Made by a program: the position numbers and the translations under genes. Below, piece by piece: positions 1-12,228 of a stretch of DNA of 64,000 nucleotides. The stretch is from NCBI RefSeq assembly GCF_018350175.1, contig NC_058383.1, positions 14,138,001 through 14,202,000 on the forward strand, given 5' to 3'. The notes beneath the pieces were generated by a model. That model had not been told where the DNA came from, made no database searches, and worked only from the letters and a program-made list of their open reading frames with translations. This stretch comes from Felis catus (Eukaryota). Position 1 is the stretch's first letter, and each line of letters begins with the position of its first letter.

Positions 1-254
1 ATTTGCCTCTTCATTTCACGATTTCGAAACGTGCCTTCAAAGTTGCTCTTTTCTTTTTCTTATTGTAAGAACGCTTCACATGAGACCTGCCCTCCCGATC
101 AACAGGTGGTGCTGTGACCCAGGCAGGTGGCGCCTCCTTTTGGGGCTCACGGCACCTCTGTTCTGCCCACGCCACACCCACATCTCGTGGCACCTGGGTG
201 TCTTTGGTTGGGTAAGCTGGATCTGGGTGAATGTATTTCTTAAAATTTTTTTTA

Positions 255-470
255 GGGGCGCCTGGGTGGCGCAGTTGGTTAAGCGTCCGACTTCAGCCAG
301 GTCACGATCTCGCGGTCCGTGAGTTCGAGCCCCGTGTCAGGCTCAGGGCTGATGGCTCAGAGCCTGAAGCCTGTTTCGGATTCTGTGTCTCCCTCTCTCT
401 CTGCCCCTCCCCCGTTCATGCTCTGTCTCTCTCTGTCCCAAAAATAAATAAACGTTGAAAAAAAATTAAA
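255..470 (+). mobile_element. Felid CAN-SINE (SINEC_Fc), young, nested in the tail of the next SINE
   Basis: GGGGCGCCTGGGTGGCGCAG head with Pol III A/B boxes, (CT)n tract, AATAAA and A tail; TSD aaaatttttttt(t)a at 242-254 and 471-484. Confidence 0.95.
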
Positions 471-474
471 AAAA

Positions 475-496
475 TTTTTTTTTAATGTTTATTTTT

Positions 497-530
<34 letters not shown>

Positions 531-699
531 ATACGAGCAGGGGAGGGGCAGAGGGAGACAGAGACACAGAATTGGAAGCAGGCTCCAGGCTCCGAGCCGT
601 CAGCACAGAGCCTGACCCGGGGCTCGAACTCATGAACTGTGAAATCATGACCTGAGCTGAAGTCAGATGCTCAACCGACTGAGCCACCCAGGTGCACCC
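475..699 (-). mobile_element. CAN-SINE
   Basis: Reverse-complement SINE ending gagccacccaggtgcaccc; probable TSD gggtgaat at 225-232 and 702-709. Confidence 0.93.
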
Positions 700-1075
700 G
701 CGGGTGAATAGACTTCATTCTGTTTGCTGGGAGTACAGTTTTATCTTTTTCTGTAAAACCTACTTGTCCTCTGATGTTTGCTAACTCAGTTGACCGTGGT
801 ATTGACCTTCTGGTTTTACAAGCCTCTGCCTTCAATCTGTTCATAGACCACGGTAGCTACCGACAGCAGACTGGTGAGAGCTCTCCTGTCTCTTCTGTCC
901 CTTTCTGCTCCCTGTGCCTGGTGTGGCCCCATGTTTGACCGAGGACTTGGGAATTGACTCTGGAAGGATTCCATCTCTGAGCTCTGCTCCTGGAAGTCTG
1001 TGTTGCACTTTGCTACCACTGCGGTGTCCCCAGCCAAAGTTTGGATCAGGCCACTCCCTGTGCTCTGGTTGCCTG

Positions 1076-1300
1076 TTTATTTTATTTTTTTTTAAGTTTA
1101 TTTATTTATTTATTTAGAGACAGAGAGAGAACGAGCAGGGTAGGGGCAGAGAGAGAGGGAGACAGAAGATCTGAAGTGAGCTCTGCCCTGACCGCAGAGA
1201 GCCCGATGCGGGGCTCGAACTCACAAACTGAAGTGTGAGATCATGACCCGAGCCAAATTCCAGCCAGATGCTTAACCCACTGAGCCACCCAGGTGTCCCC
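1076..1300 (-). mobile_element. CAN-SINE
   Basis: Poly-T tail, (GA)n, gggctcgaactcac, head ending cccaggtgtcccc. Confidence 0.92.
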
Positions 1301-2120
1301 ATTCACCCGGGTTTTGTTCTGTGCCCCCTGGCAATGCTTGTCTTCCCTTAGCACCAAGGCGCCTTCCCTGACGAAGGCGACCTGTCATCTCAGAGCTCCT
1401 GAGCGTGATGGGAGTCTGTTTGGACCTGATATCTTAGTCTCCGAGAAGACAGGTTTCTGCAGTGTGCGGAAACTTTCCACAGCTTATGATTTCTTTCCTG
1501 ATCCTGTATGGTTGTCTTGCCCACATCTAATTGCACATGCCTTTACGTAGCCCTTTTTTATTTTCCCCTTGAGTCTTTCGAAAGCGTTCAACTTGGTTCT
1601 CACTCATAATGCCACCCATTTATGTAATTTAATAGAATTGTGTCATTCCGGTAACAAGCATGGCTGGCGCGAAGAGGTTTGGGAAAAACACAAGGGGCTG
1701 TTGGCAGGTATACAACTCAACTGGTAAGGGCAGAAGCAGAGGTGGGGGGGTGCCCCCCAGCCTGGTCAACCGCACGCTGGCACCTGTCTGCATCCGGCTC
1801 CACGGAGGTGATGGAGGGATGGTGGCCAGGCTGTCTGCGTGTCACTTAGAGAGCATCTATGGTTTGTTCGCTGTGATAAGTCAGGAAGCGGGGAACATCA
1901 GAAATGAGAAAATAAGACTTACAGCTCTGTAGCATTAAGATAAGGGCCTCTTCTTCCTTCCCTGTTAACATTCTTAACATCTTTAAGATCATGCTTGCAT
2001 AGAAATGTTTGCGTCCTATGCTTTCTCTTCACATTTTTATACAAATACTTCCCCGTGCTACTAAGCACTTCATAAACATTAATTTTGGTTATGATACGGT
2101 ATTTTCATGCAACGGTTTTA

Positions 2121-2337
2121 AATTTTTTTTTTTTAACGTTTATTTATTTTTGGGACAGAGAGAGACAGAGCATGAACGGGGGAGGGGCAGGGAGAGAGGG
2201 AGACACAGAATCAGAAGCAGGCTCCAGGCTCTGAGCCATCAGCCCAGAGCCCGACGCGGGGCTCGAACTCACGGACCGCGAGATCCTGACCTGAGCTGAA
2301 GTTGGACGCTCAACCGACTGAGCCACCCAGGCGCCCC
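2121..2337 (-). mobile_element. CAN-SINE (SINEC_Fc, young)
   Basis: Near-consensus with CpGs intact; TSD catgcaacggtttt at 2106-2119 and 2338-2351. Confidence 0.96.
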
Positions 2338-2427
2338 CATGCAACGGTTTTTTACCGTAAGTCTCTCTCTGTCCCTTCCATATAGGCAGAGATACAGATT
2401 ACAGCATTAGAGATTTTTTCCTTCCTC

Positions 2428-3338
2428 TGTGGGGAAAAAACCCGGTTCTTTCCTCCTGTTTCTGTCCTGTGTGTCCTTTATTACTCACAGAGAACACTTC
2501 ATTTCTGACGCTTCTGGTCACCAAATGTTGTGGGTTTTCCCCACCAAGCAATTCGCTGTGCCTCCAACTGAGGGGTCTATAATTCAACTCGATTCTGATG
2601 CTGTCTACCTGGGGAGAACATCAGATGCCATAGGTTAAGGGCTCAGTTTCACAAGGCTACCCCCCTCCTGTCCCCCGCAATTCAGATGTCCGTCACAAGC
2701 CCGTGTTGTCACCTGAGCTTCTGACCAGCTGGCTCTAGATCAGAGTTTCCAGGGACCCCCTCCTCAGGTTCGATTGATTTTCTAGAGTGACTCACAGAAC
2801 ACAGAAACTTTCTTACTTACTTCTATGGGTTTCTTATAAAAGGATATGGTAAATGATACAGTTGAATATCCAGATGGAAAGGATGTGTAGGGCTGGAACA
2901 TGGGGGCATCCATGCCCATTTGGGGCACTGCACTCTCCCAGCCCCCTGATACGCTCAGGAACCCGAAGCTCTCGGAACCCCATCCTTTTGGGATTTTACG
3001 GAGGCTTTGTCATAGAGGCACGATGGATCGTTAACTCCATTTATACCCCTTCTCTTTTCCAAGGAGAATGGGGGGGCGAGGCTGAAAGTTCCAAGCTTCT
3101 AATCCTGGCCCAGTCTGTCTGGTGCCACCTAGAGTCACTGCGTTAGAACAAGACCCTCTTATGACTCAGGAATTTCCAAGGGTTTTAGGAGCCCTGTGTC
3201 AGGAACCAGGGTCAGCGATCACCAGAGAACAAAAGATGCTCTCTGTGCTCTTATCACTTAGGAAATTACAAGAGTTTTAGGAGCTCTGTGCCAGGAGCTG
3301 GGGCCAGAGACCAAATATATATTTTCTGTGATCTCACA
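2428..3338 (-). mobile_element. MER21-family solo LTR
   Basis: TG..CA termini; reverse strand begins tgtgagatcacagaaaatatatatttggtctctggcccc..gagctcctaaaactc, like the recalled MER21B/C consensus; internal duplicated ~90 bp motif at ~3165-3310. Confidence 0.8.
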
Positions 3339-3339
3339 A

Positions 3340-4530
3340 TTGCTTTCAAATTTTTGTTATACATAACGGTGTGATGAACATCCTTATATATAGAACTTTA
3401 TATCCAGCATCTGATAGAAATAGTCTCATGTGGAATCGGTAGACCAAAATGTATGGGCTTTTTAAAGACTTTTGATATATTTTGCCAAACTGGTTTCCCA
3501 TTAGGTTTGTATGAGTTTATATTTCGCAGCAGTGTGTCAGAGTCCTCACATTACCTTTATCTTCTTTCACAATGAAGAGACGGTACAGTTTCTAAAACCT
3601 TGCTAATTGGATAAACAGTCACATCGTCTCCTTTTAGCTTCCATTGTCTTGATTGGTAGTGGGACTGAATATTTTTCCAAATACGATTTATTTGCATTTG
3701 CTCTTGGTGAAATTTGAAGCTCTGCTTGATCTTTTAAAAACAGAATTTATCTGTTGATTAATGGAACTGTTGATTTGCATGCATTTTTTATGTGGTGACG
3801 AAATTATCTTTGTCTTCAGTATTTATCACACATGTGCTCTCCAAACTCCTCGCTTACCTTTTAATGTCGATGCTTTCTTTGGATGGGATGTAGTGGCTTC
3901 ACATTTTCCTGGAACATTTAACTTCACAAGTTGTCTTTGATTCGGGGTTTGAAAAAAATACTCGCATGTATTTTTTCTGGCTTTATTTAAAAAGTTAAGT
4001 TGAATTTTTAGCTTATCACTAAAAATATACTTGGGAATTATGCTGGGGGATTATACTTGGTAGTTGAAGTTCTAGCTTGATCTTTTCCACTTACTTTAGT
4101 TATTTCAGTCCCATTGGTTGACTTTCCCACTGACTCATGCTTCTCCTTTGTCCTGGTCTCAACTGTTGTATACAAAAGAATAATGTTTCTGACATGTCTG
4201 TTCTGCGAATGTCGTGTCTCGACTTGAATCAGTACCAGGTTGTATTAATGAATGCGATCCTACTAGTCCTCATCATTTATCTTCTGTTGGTCTTTTTGTC
4301 CTTAGATGCTTACTGCCATGGCTCTTTTTGGTCACAACATCCACGTACTGGAATTATTTTGTCGGTCTTTCGCAGACCAGTAACATTCCTGAGGGAAAGG
4401 TATGTGGATGACAGATTTTCAGAAATCTCGTTTTATATTTTTCCTTGGCTTTTACATATATGTGCCTTAAGTACAACATTTCTTTCTTGGAGTCTTTTCT
4501 CTGCAAGCTGCGGCATTTTATTCTGATAGT
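3340..4530 (-). mobile_element. Old L1M fragments
   Basis: T-rich degenerate antisense L1-like sequence. Confidence 0.5.
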
Positions 4531-4604
4531 TAGTACTGCACTGCAGAAGTTGAGTCCATCTGTCCGGCCATCCACTGATCCATGGATCCATCCATCTATC
4601 CATC

Positions 4605-4772
4605 TAGGACCAGCTATATAATTTGCAGCGCCCACTGCAACATGAAAATGCAAAGTACCTTGTTCACCCATCATGAACAATTTCAAGATGGCGACGGCAG
4701 GACATTAAACCAAGTGCAAGGCCCTTTAAGTTCAGGGCTTTTTGATTTCACGGGCACTTACGGAGCCCGCGC
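4605..4772 (-). mobile_element. MER45A-like hAT-Tip100 element
   Basis: gaccagctatataatttgc..aaaatg..tttcaagatggcgac..attaaaccaagtgc matches the reverse of the recalled MER45A consensus. Confidence 0.75.
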
Positions 4773-4859
4773 TACGTGTTGTGTGCTCTCAGGGAAAGAG
4801 CCAAGGTACAGTCCAGTGTGTGTGTGTGTGGGGGGGGGGGACATAGGCCACTGAGATGT

Positions 4860-5770
4860 AGCGTTGTCCATACCTGATGGAGGTGTGCCCAGGATATTGT
4901 GGATGCACAGAGGAGAGAGAACTCCGCCAGACCGAGTTGCCAGAGAAGGCTTCTGGAGGAGACGGTCCTTTTACTGGTGTTCCAAGGCTTTTGTTCTACG
5001 CGATGCTGGGAACCTTTGGAGAGTTTTGAGCTTCAGCTGGTGGGTGGCATGCCCCAATTCAGGTGTTTTCAAGAGATCACCTTGCTGTGTGCCAATGACG
5101 TTGTAGGGGACGGCGTGAAAGCAGGAGTGGAAGCGATTGGAAGGCCATTGCAGCATTCCAGGCCAGGGGAGGTGAAAGTGGTGGCTTGGACCTGTTTGGA
5201 AATAGTGGAGGTGGTAGGAGGTCTCACATCCCAGGTGTATTTGGAAGATAGCACTGTGACGATCTGTGGATGGAATAGATACGAGGTAGGTGAGAAAGTG
5301 AGCAGTTAAAGAGGACTCTGGATTTACTCTAATCAGTTAGAGAATGGAGTTGCCATTCACTAAGATGGGAAGACACGTAGGAGGGCAGGTTTGGGAGGGG
5401 ATGATGCATCCAACTTTGGACACCTTGAATTTGGAATACCTATTAAACATCCAGGTGGAGGGGCACCCGGTGGCCCGGTCGGTTGAATGTCTGACTCTTG
5501 ATTTCTGCTCAGGTCACGATCCCAGGGTCGTGGGATCGAGCCCCGTGTCGGGCTCCACGCTCAGTGCTTAAGATTCTCTCTCTCCCTCTGCTCCTCTCCC
5601 CCACTTCCATGCTCTCTGTCTTTCTAAAATAAAGACAAGCAAACAAGACATCCAGGTGGAGATGTCGAGTAGACAGTTCGATGTGCGGTTCCGGATCTCG
5701 GCTTGATCTAAGAGAGGGGGCAAAGGTTTTGCCCAGGAGGTGGCTGGAGAAGTGAAGAGAAGCAAGGAAC
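4860..5770 (-). mobile_element. L2 LINE fragment interrupted by a SINE
   Basis: gagttgccattcactaagatggg and ttggacaccttgaatttgg..acatccaggtggagatgtcgagtag are typical antisense L2. Confidence 0.75.
5460..5645 (+). mobile_element. CAN-SINE (older subfamily)
   Basis: SINE head and CT tract; TSD acatccaggtggag on both sides. Confidence 0.92.
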
Positions 5771-5784
5771 TGGCAAGAAAATGT

Positions 5785-6520
5785 TTTTTATTGTTATTTT
5801 TTATTCGGGTGTAATTAACATACAGTGTTATATTAGTTTCTGTTGTACAACGTAATGATTCAACAATTCTGTACATTTCTCAGTGCTCATCATGACAGGT
5901 GCTCTCCTTAATCCCCTTTATCTGATTTATCCATCCCCCCCCCCCCCCCGCAGGGCAACCACCCGTTTGTTCTCTGTATTAAAGAGTCTGGTTTTTTGTT
6001 TGCCCCTTTTATTTTTCTCTGTTCATTCATTTTGTTTCTTAAACCCTACATAGGAGTGAAATCATATGGTGTTTGTCTTTCTCTGACTGACTTATTTCCC
6101 TTAGCATCGTACCTTCTAGGTCCATCCGTTTTGTTGCAGATGGCAAGATCTCATATTTTTTTTTATGGCTGAGTAATATTTATATACATACATACCACAT
6201 CTTCTTTATCCATTCATCTGTGAATGGACACTTGGGTTGCTTCCATATCTTGGCTATTGTAAATAATGCTGCAATAAACGTAGAGGTGCATATATCTTTT
6301 CGAATTAATGTTTTTGTTTTCTCTGGGTAGATACCCAGTAGTGGAATTACTAGATCGTATGGTAGTTCTGTTTTTAATTTTTTGAGGACCCTCCATACTG
6401 TTTTCCGCAGCGGCTGCACCAGTTTGCATTCCCACCAACAGCTCATGAAGGCTCCTTTTTCTCTACATCCTTGCCAACACTTGTTATTTCTTGTGTTTTT
6501 GACTTTAACTATTCTGACTA
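5785..6520 (-). mobile_element. L1 3' end with ORF2 C-terminal remnant
   Basis: ORF 6180-6446 CWWECKLVQPLRKTVWRVLKKLKTELPYD..LLGIYP..FIAALFTIAKIWKQPKCP is the L1 ORF2p C-terminus; 3' UTR follows. Confidence 0.93.
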
Positions 6521-7889
6521 ACCTGCTCGAGACACAGAGGAGGAGGAAACAGGTTAAGAAAATGACATTGACCCACTTTTAAGGCTCTTTCCCCCTCATT
6601 CAGTAACCAGACGGGTTCTGGAATATGGAGTCATGTCTCTTTCTTTTGGAGAGAGCCAGTCTGGTTCACATTTTTTTGCAGGAGATGATGAAGGTAATTT
6701 CTTGATATTTATTTATGATGAAGAGAGAATCGCTGCCACTTAAATGTTGCATTATTAATGATTTAGGAGGAAATGACTTCTTTCAGAAACACCAATTCTG
6801 AAGGCGCGTTAGATGGAGGCCAGGTAGTAAATTACCTCTTCCAGGGGACACGCCTAAAGTATTGATGTGCGTCAAAAACGATGCAGTGATTACCTTCTCT
6901 GGGTTGGGTTCAGGCAGTCATGATCTTGGAAGGAAGTCCAAGATCAATTCGCTTATAACACTCAGCACATTTTAGAATCCCAGCTTTGCTCATAGAATTC
7001 ATTACAATGGGATTGATCTATTACTAGGGGGAAAGCGGGGTTTTCTAGAATCAGTGAATTTGGAACTGAAACAGAACGTTTTCAGATTCAGGGAAGAGCC
7101 AGTGGGTCCCATCCAGGCCATTCTCATCTGACCTTGTGAGACAGTTCTGCCACTATGTGGCTATGCCTAGGCATGATGGTAAACTATGCAGGGACACGCA
7201 GCACGTCCTCGCCCCCTTTCAAAATTAAGAGCAATTTTTGCAGAGAAAGGAAATACCAGAGAAGTGCACTTACGTGGGACTTGCCATGTGTATTCTGTCT
7301 CCTGTCTGAAACTCGGTGAGCAGACAGGGACAACAGAGAAGATCATTTTAGTCAACCGGGTAACCTGGTGAGTGTGAGTGTGTGGGTGTGACAAGGTATG
7401 CATTTTATCATTATCCCATTTGCTCACTTTCAAAGAAGTTGTTCTCTGAGGCCATTTGCTGTGTTCCGGAATGGATTAAAACCTGCCTTTATTTCCAGTG
7501 AGTGATTTAAATATTGTATAGCTCATTTATAATTGAATGAAAATGCGGTGGCTCTACAGATTTTGAAGACATTCTCTCCAAAAGGCTGTTTTGTTTTCTC
7601 TTTTTGAAATAAACATGAATTAGCATAAGAAATAAGGAGGCTGGGAAAGGAATCAATAAAATTAACTGGAATTGGATTTCACACTTTGAATGCATTACAC
7701 GTCCCTATTAGGGGAGATACGGAGCAAAAGGGAATCAGTTCAAAGAGAAGCTGAGGCTCATGAAAGAGTGACCTACTTCAAGAGGATGAATATTTAAAAT
7801 AGGAAAAGCTTGAAAAATAATTCGCTTCACATTGATGGATGGAAGCGCAAAATAATGGGGAAGCCTAACGGAAAGACAGGTGTTTCCAC

Positions 7890-8118
7890 GGGGTGCCTGT
7901 GTGGCTCAGTTGGTTAAGCGTCGGACTCTTGATTTCAGCTCAGATCATGATCTCATAGTTCATGAGATCGAGCACCACGTCGGGCTCTGCGCTGACAGCA
8001 TGGAGCCTGCTTGGGATTTTCTCTCTCCCTCTTTCTCTGCCCCTCCCCTGTTCTCGCCGGCACGTGTGTGTGCGCGCGCGCGTGCAAATAAATAAATAAA
8101 AATTAAAAAAAGAAAAGT
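7890..8118 (+). mobile_element. CAN-SINE
   Basis: SINE head, CT tract, A tail; TSD core aaagacagg. Confidence 0.92.
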
Positions 8119-8811
8119 AAAGACAGGCTTACCCAGAATTGAGTAAGGCTGGGCTGGCACCGTGTTGGGGCAGCCCAGAGGTACGGGGAGGAAGACCAGG
8201 CTTGGATTCTGATTTAGGTTTGGGTTCTGGTGCTGCTGTTTAGTTTATTTCAGATCTGTGTTTTCATTGGCACTCTTAAAACTGTTTTCCTTTGCATTGC
8301 AAATGAAATTGACTTGGCTTGACTCGAATGTTAAAATTAAGGCTGATACATTTTTTTAGGTCAAACAATGTGCAAGGAATTTAGGAGTTCAGACCAAGCT
8401 AAGAGCCTTCGCGTGGAGGGGCAGAGTATGGGGAACGAGTGCCTCTACAGAAAGGACATACAGCCCTCCTGGACTAGGTGGCCAAGGACTTCAGGGGCTT
8501 TGGGGGCCCTCTGAGCAGGGAGTCATTTACGACACGATGGATAAATATTCAGGGCGGTGAAGTTCCTGCTTTCTGAAGAGTTGTCTTTTGCAAAATTGCA
8601 TTGACTTTATAGTTCAAATTCAGTGTGCGCATCTGTTGATTTTTCTTTTGCAAATGAATGTTGGTGCTCAGCATAGAGCAGCCCTGTAGAACCCAGGTAA
8701 AGTTTTCCCTTTACCTGGCAAATAACTGAATTTCCTCCTGACCGAAATGGAGATAATAACACCCATCGGATTTGTTCAGAGTTCTCCATTTCTTTATACT
8801 CACTTGGACTT

Positions 8812-8993
8812 GGAAACAAACCTCAAGAGACTCTTAATGATGAAGAGGGTTGATGGAGGGAGATGGGTGGGGGGATGGGCTAGATGGGTGATGGGCATTA
8901 AGGACAGCACTTGTTGTGATGAGCCCTGGGTGTTGTATGTAAGTGATGAATCACTGAATTCTACTCCTGAAACCAATATTGCAATATTAAAAA
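8812..8993 (+). mobile_element. Carnivore L1 3' UTR fragment
   Basis: gatgggcattaagga..gatgagccctgggtgttgtatgtaagtgatgaatcactgaattctactcctgaaacc. Confidence 0.85.
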
Positions 8994-8994
8994 G

Positions 8995-10690
8995 TTTTTT
9001 TTAACAGCTTTACTGAGGTATACAGAACACACAATAGATTCTACTTGTTTAAAGGGTACAATCGGATAAGATTTGAAATACGCACGTTCTAGAGAAATTG
9101 CCACCATCAAGCAAATGTATGCATTCATCACCCCCCAGTTTTCTTGTGCACCTTTGTAATAATGCTTCCCGCCCCTCCCACCTGCCTTTCTCTAGACAAC
9201 CACTGATATGCCTTCCGGCACTATAGATTAGTTTGAATCTTTCCCTAGCTTTACGTAATGGGGAGGGGATAATATAGTGTGTATTCTTTTCTGGCTGACT
9301 TCTTTCCCCCAGCATAATTGTTTTGAGGCTCATCGATGTTGTGCTTTGTATCAATAATTCATTCCTTTTTATTGCCGAGTATCTTCCATTATGTGAGTAG
9401 CCTGCCGTTAGTTTATTCATTCTCTCATAGATGGGCATTTGGGTTATTTCCAAATTTTGGCTTTTCCAAATAAGACTGCTATGAGCATTCGTGTAAAAGT
9501 CTTCGTATGGATATGGGCTTTTGTTTTTCTTCAGTAAATACCCAGGCGCAGACTGGCTAGATCATGTAGCAGGTAGATACTTAAGAAAGTATTTTTTTTT
9601 TTTAACATTTATTTATTTTTGAGACAGAGAGAGACAGAGCATGAACGGGGGAGGGGCAGAGAGAGAGCGAGACACAGAATCGGAAGCAGGCTCCAGGCTC
9701 TGAGCCGTCAGCCCAGAGCCCGACGCCGGGCTCGAACTCACGGACCGCAAGATCGTGACCTGAGCCGAAGTCGGACGCTCAACCGACTGAGCCACCCAGG
9801 CGCCCCAAGAAAGTATTTTTTAAGAAACGACCAACCCGTTTTCCATTTTATATTCCCGCCAACAGTGTATGAAAGTTCCAGTTCCTCTGGATCTTGTCTG
9901 TACTTTTATGTTTGAGCCATTTTAATGTGTGTGGTGGTATCTTTTTGTGATTATAATTTGTGTTTCCCTAATGACTAATGATGTTCTGCGCTCACTCTTC
10001 GCACATATTTTAGTTTTCATTTTTCGTGACTGAGTTTTGAGAGTTCTTTGCGTATTCCTGATACGGTCTCCCCATCAGATATGTGATTCACAAGTATGTT
10101 CTCCCAGACCGTGGCTTGTGTTTTCACTTTCCTTAAAAGCGAATTTCCAAGCGAGGCTTTAGATTTCAATGAAGTCCATCCAGTTGACCGGTTTGTTCTT
10201 TGATAGATCATGCTTTGGTTATCTCATCTAAAAAGGCTTCACCTAACCCACCATCACAAAGGGTTTCTTCCATGTGTTATTTTATACATTTTAAGTTCTG
10301 GTTTCACATTGAGATCTGCGATCCCCGTTGGGTTCATTTTTGTATATGGTGCAAGTTATGGATGGAAGTGTATTGTTTTGCCTTCTCATATGTGGGTATC
10401 CAGCCGTTCGATTGTTTGTTGGAAACACTCCCCTTCTCCCACAAATTGCCTTTTTGTACACTTGTTAAAAATCTGTTGACCACGTATTTGTGGGTCCGTT
10501 TCTGTTCTCCCTGTTATGTGCGTGTCTGTGTTTACAATAATACCACACTGCCCGATTCCTGTAGTTTTGTACTGAGTCCTAAAATGGAGAGTATTAAGCC
10601 CCTGACTTTGTACTTGTTTTCTAAATGTTGTTTTGGCTGTTCTAGGTCCTTTGTATTTCCATATGCATTTTGGAATCAGTTTCTGCAGGT
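8995..10690 (-). mobile_element. Old L1M 3' region interrupted by a SINE
   Basis: Antisense L1 3' UTR and degenerate ORF2 peptides (ORFs 9049-9453, 10017-10211, 10386-10733: LIPKCIWKYKGPRTAK..YKTT..QQIFNK). Confidence 0.85.
9592..9806 (-). mobile_element. CAN-SINE (SINEC_Fc, young)
   Basis: Near-consensus; TSD aagaaagtattttt. Confidence 0.96.
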
Positions 10691-10718
10691 GGGGATCCGC
10701 TCCAGTTGGCCATCTTTT

Positions 10719-10936
10719 TTTTTTTTTTTTCAACGTTTTTAATTTATTTTTGGGACAGAGAGAGACAGAGCATGAGCGGGGGAGGGGCAGAGAGAGAGGG
10801 AGACACAGAATCGGAAACAGGCTCCAGGCTCTGAGCCATCAGCCCAGAGCCCGACGCGGGGCTCGAACTCACGGACCGCGAGATCGTGACCTGGCTGAAG
10901 TCGGACGCTTAACCGACTGCGCCACCCAGGCGCCCC
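10719..10936 (-). mobile_element. CAN-SINE (youngest SINEC_Fc type)
   Basis: Intact CpGs, pure poly-T; TSD agttggccatctttt at 10704-10718 and 10937-10951. Confidence 0.97.
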
Positions 10937-11424
10937 AGTTGGCCATCTTTTAAATGCATTGTTGAATTGTGTTTAGAATTTCTGCATCTCTGTGTCTGTT
11001 GGCTGGTGGCAACAGACACTACTCCTGGCCCAGTGTGAGTCCTGGCCACTGTTAACCTCTCGTCCTTCTGGATGGTTCTTTCCCCAGCCTTGGCTCCTTT
11101 CCTCACATCGATGCCTTAATCAGTATTCCGTTGATGTCGGAGGGTGCCCCTCTGTAGACCTCTGGGATGTTCTCTCTGTGCAGTCACCCTCTCCAGTGCT
11201 TTGTCCTGTGGATTCCAGCTGTCTCCGTCTCCCTGGACCCTCATCTCTATCCCTCCAACTCAGGAAGGCTGCTGGCCTTTGCCTAGGTTCCTTCTTCCTG
11301 TAACGTGGCTGGGAAACTCTCAAGGTGGTGGCACACCTCACTTGGTTCCTCTCTTTAGGCGATCATTGTGCCTTGTTGCCTGACGTCCAGCGTCTTGAAA
11401 ACTTTTTTTTAAAATACATTTTGT

Positions 11425-11613
11425 GAGGGCATCAGCGTGGCTCAGTCGGTTAAGCGTCTGTCTCCTGATTTTGGCTCAGGTCATGATCTCACGGTTGGTG
11501 AGTTCGAGCCCCATGTCAGGCTCTGAGCTGACAGTACAGAGCCTGCTTGGGATTCTCTCTCTGCCCCACCCCCAGTCTCTGTCTCTCTCTCTCTCTCAAT
11601 CAATAAACATTTA
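11425..11613 (+). mobile_element. CAN-SINE
   Basis: SINE body; TSD aatacattttg/aatacgttttg. Confidence 0.9.
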
Positions 11614-11912
11614 ATACGTTTTGGTGATTTCAGGTGGGAGAGTAAATTTCTCCATCTTGGAGTTACTCCATCTTGGAAGTAGAAGTCACTCTCGTGAGTT
11701 TTACATGATGTTTTCTTACGTTGTTTGGTCTGGTATTTCGATGGGGTCTTGACCTAGCCAGGCTGTCTGGCCTTCTGTATGGGAGTAGAGGTTCTTTCCA
11801 TCCAGAGTCCTCCTTCCTTTGTCTTCAATTTATAACACCTTGTCTCAACTGTGGTCATTGTTTTTATTTCTTTCTTTATTTTAATTATCTTATTTTTAAG
11901 ACTTTATATTTT

Positions 11913-12121
11913 TAAAAAATTTTTTAATGTTTATTCATTTCTGAGAGAAAGAGAGCGTAAGCAAGGGAGGGGCAGAGAGACGGGGAGACACAGAATCTGA
12001 AGCAGGCTCCAGGCTCCGAGCTGTCAGCCCAGATCCTGACGTGGGGCCCGAACTCACGAACCGCGAGATCATGACCTGAGCTGAAGTTGGACGCTTACCC
12101 GACTGGGCCGTCCAGGCTCCC
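11913..12121 (-). mobile_element. CAN-SINE inserted in the tail of a short SINE
   Basis: Full SINE body on the minus strand. Confidence 0.92.
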
Positions 12122-12228
12122 TTTTGAGATTTTATTTTTAAGGACTCTCTACGCCCAGTGTGGGGCTCGAACCCATAACCCCGAGATCAAGAGTCACATG
12201 CTTCACCGACTGAGCCAGCCAGGTGCCC
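12122..12228 (-). mobile_element. Short tRNA-derived CAN-SINE lacking the CT tract
   Basis: ggggctcgaacccataaccccgagatcaagagtcacatgc..gagccagccaggtgccc. Confidence 0.85.

Noticed and set aside
118..135. CTCF-like caggcaggtggcgc
   Set aside because: Mismatch in the conserved 5' CC core; not distinguishable from chance.
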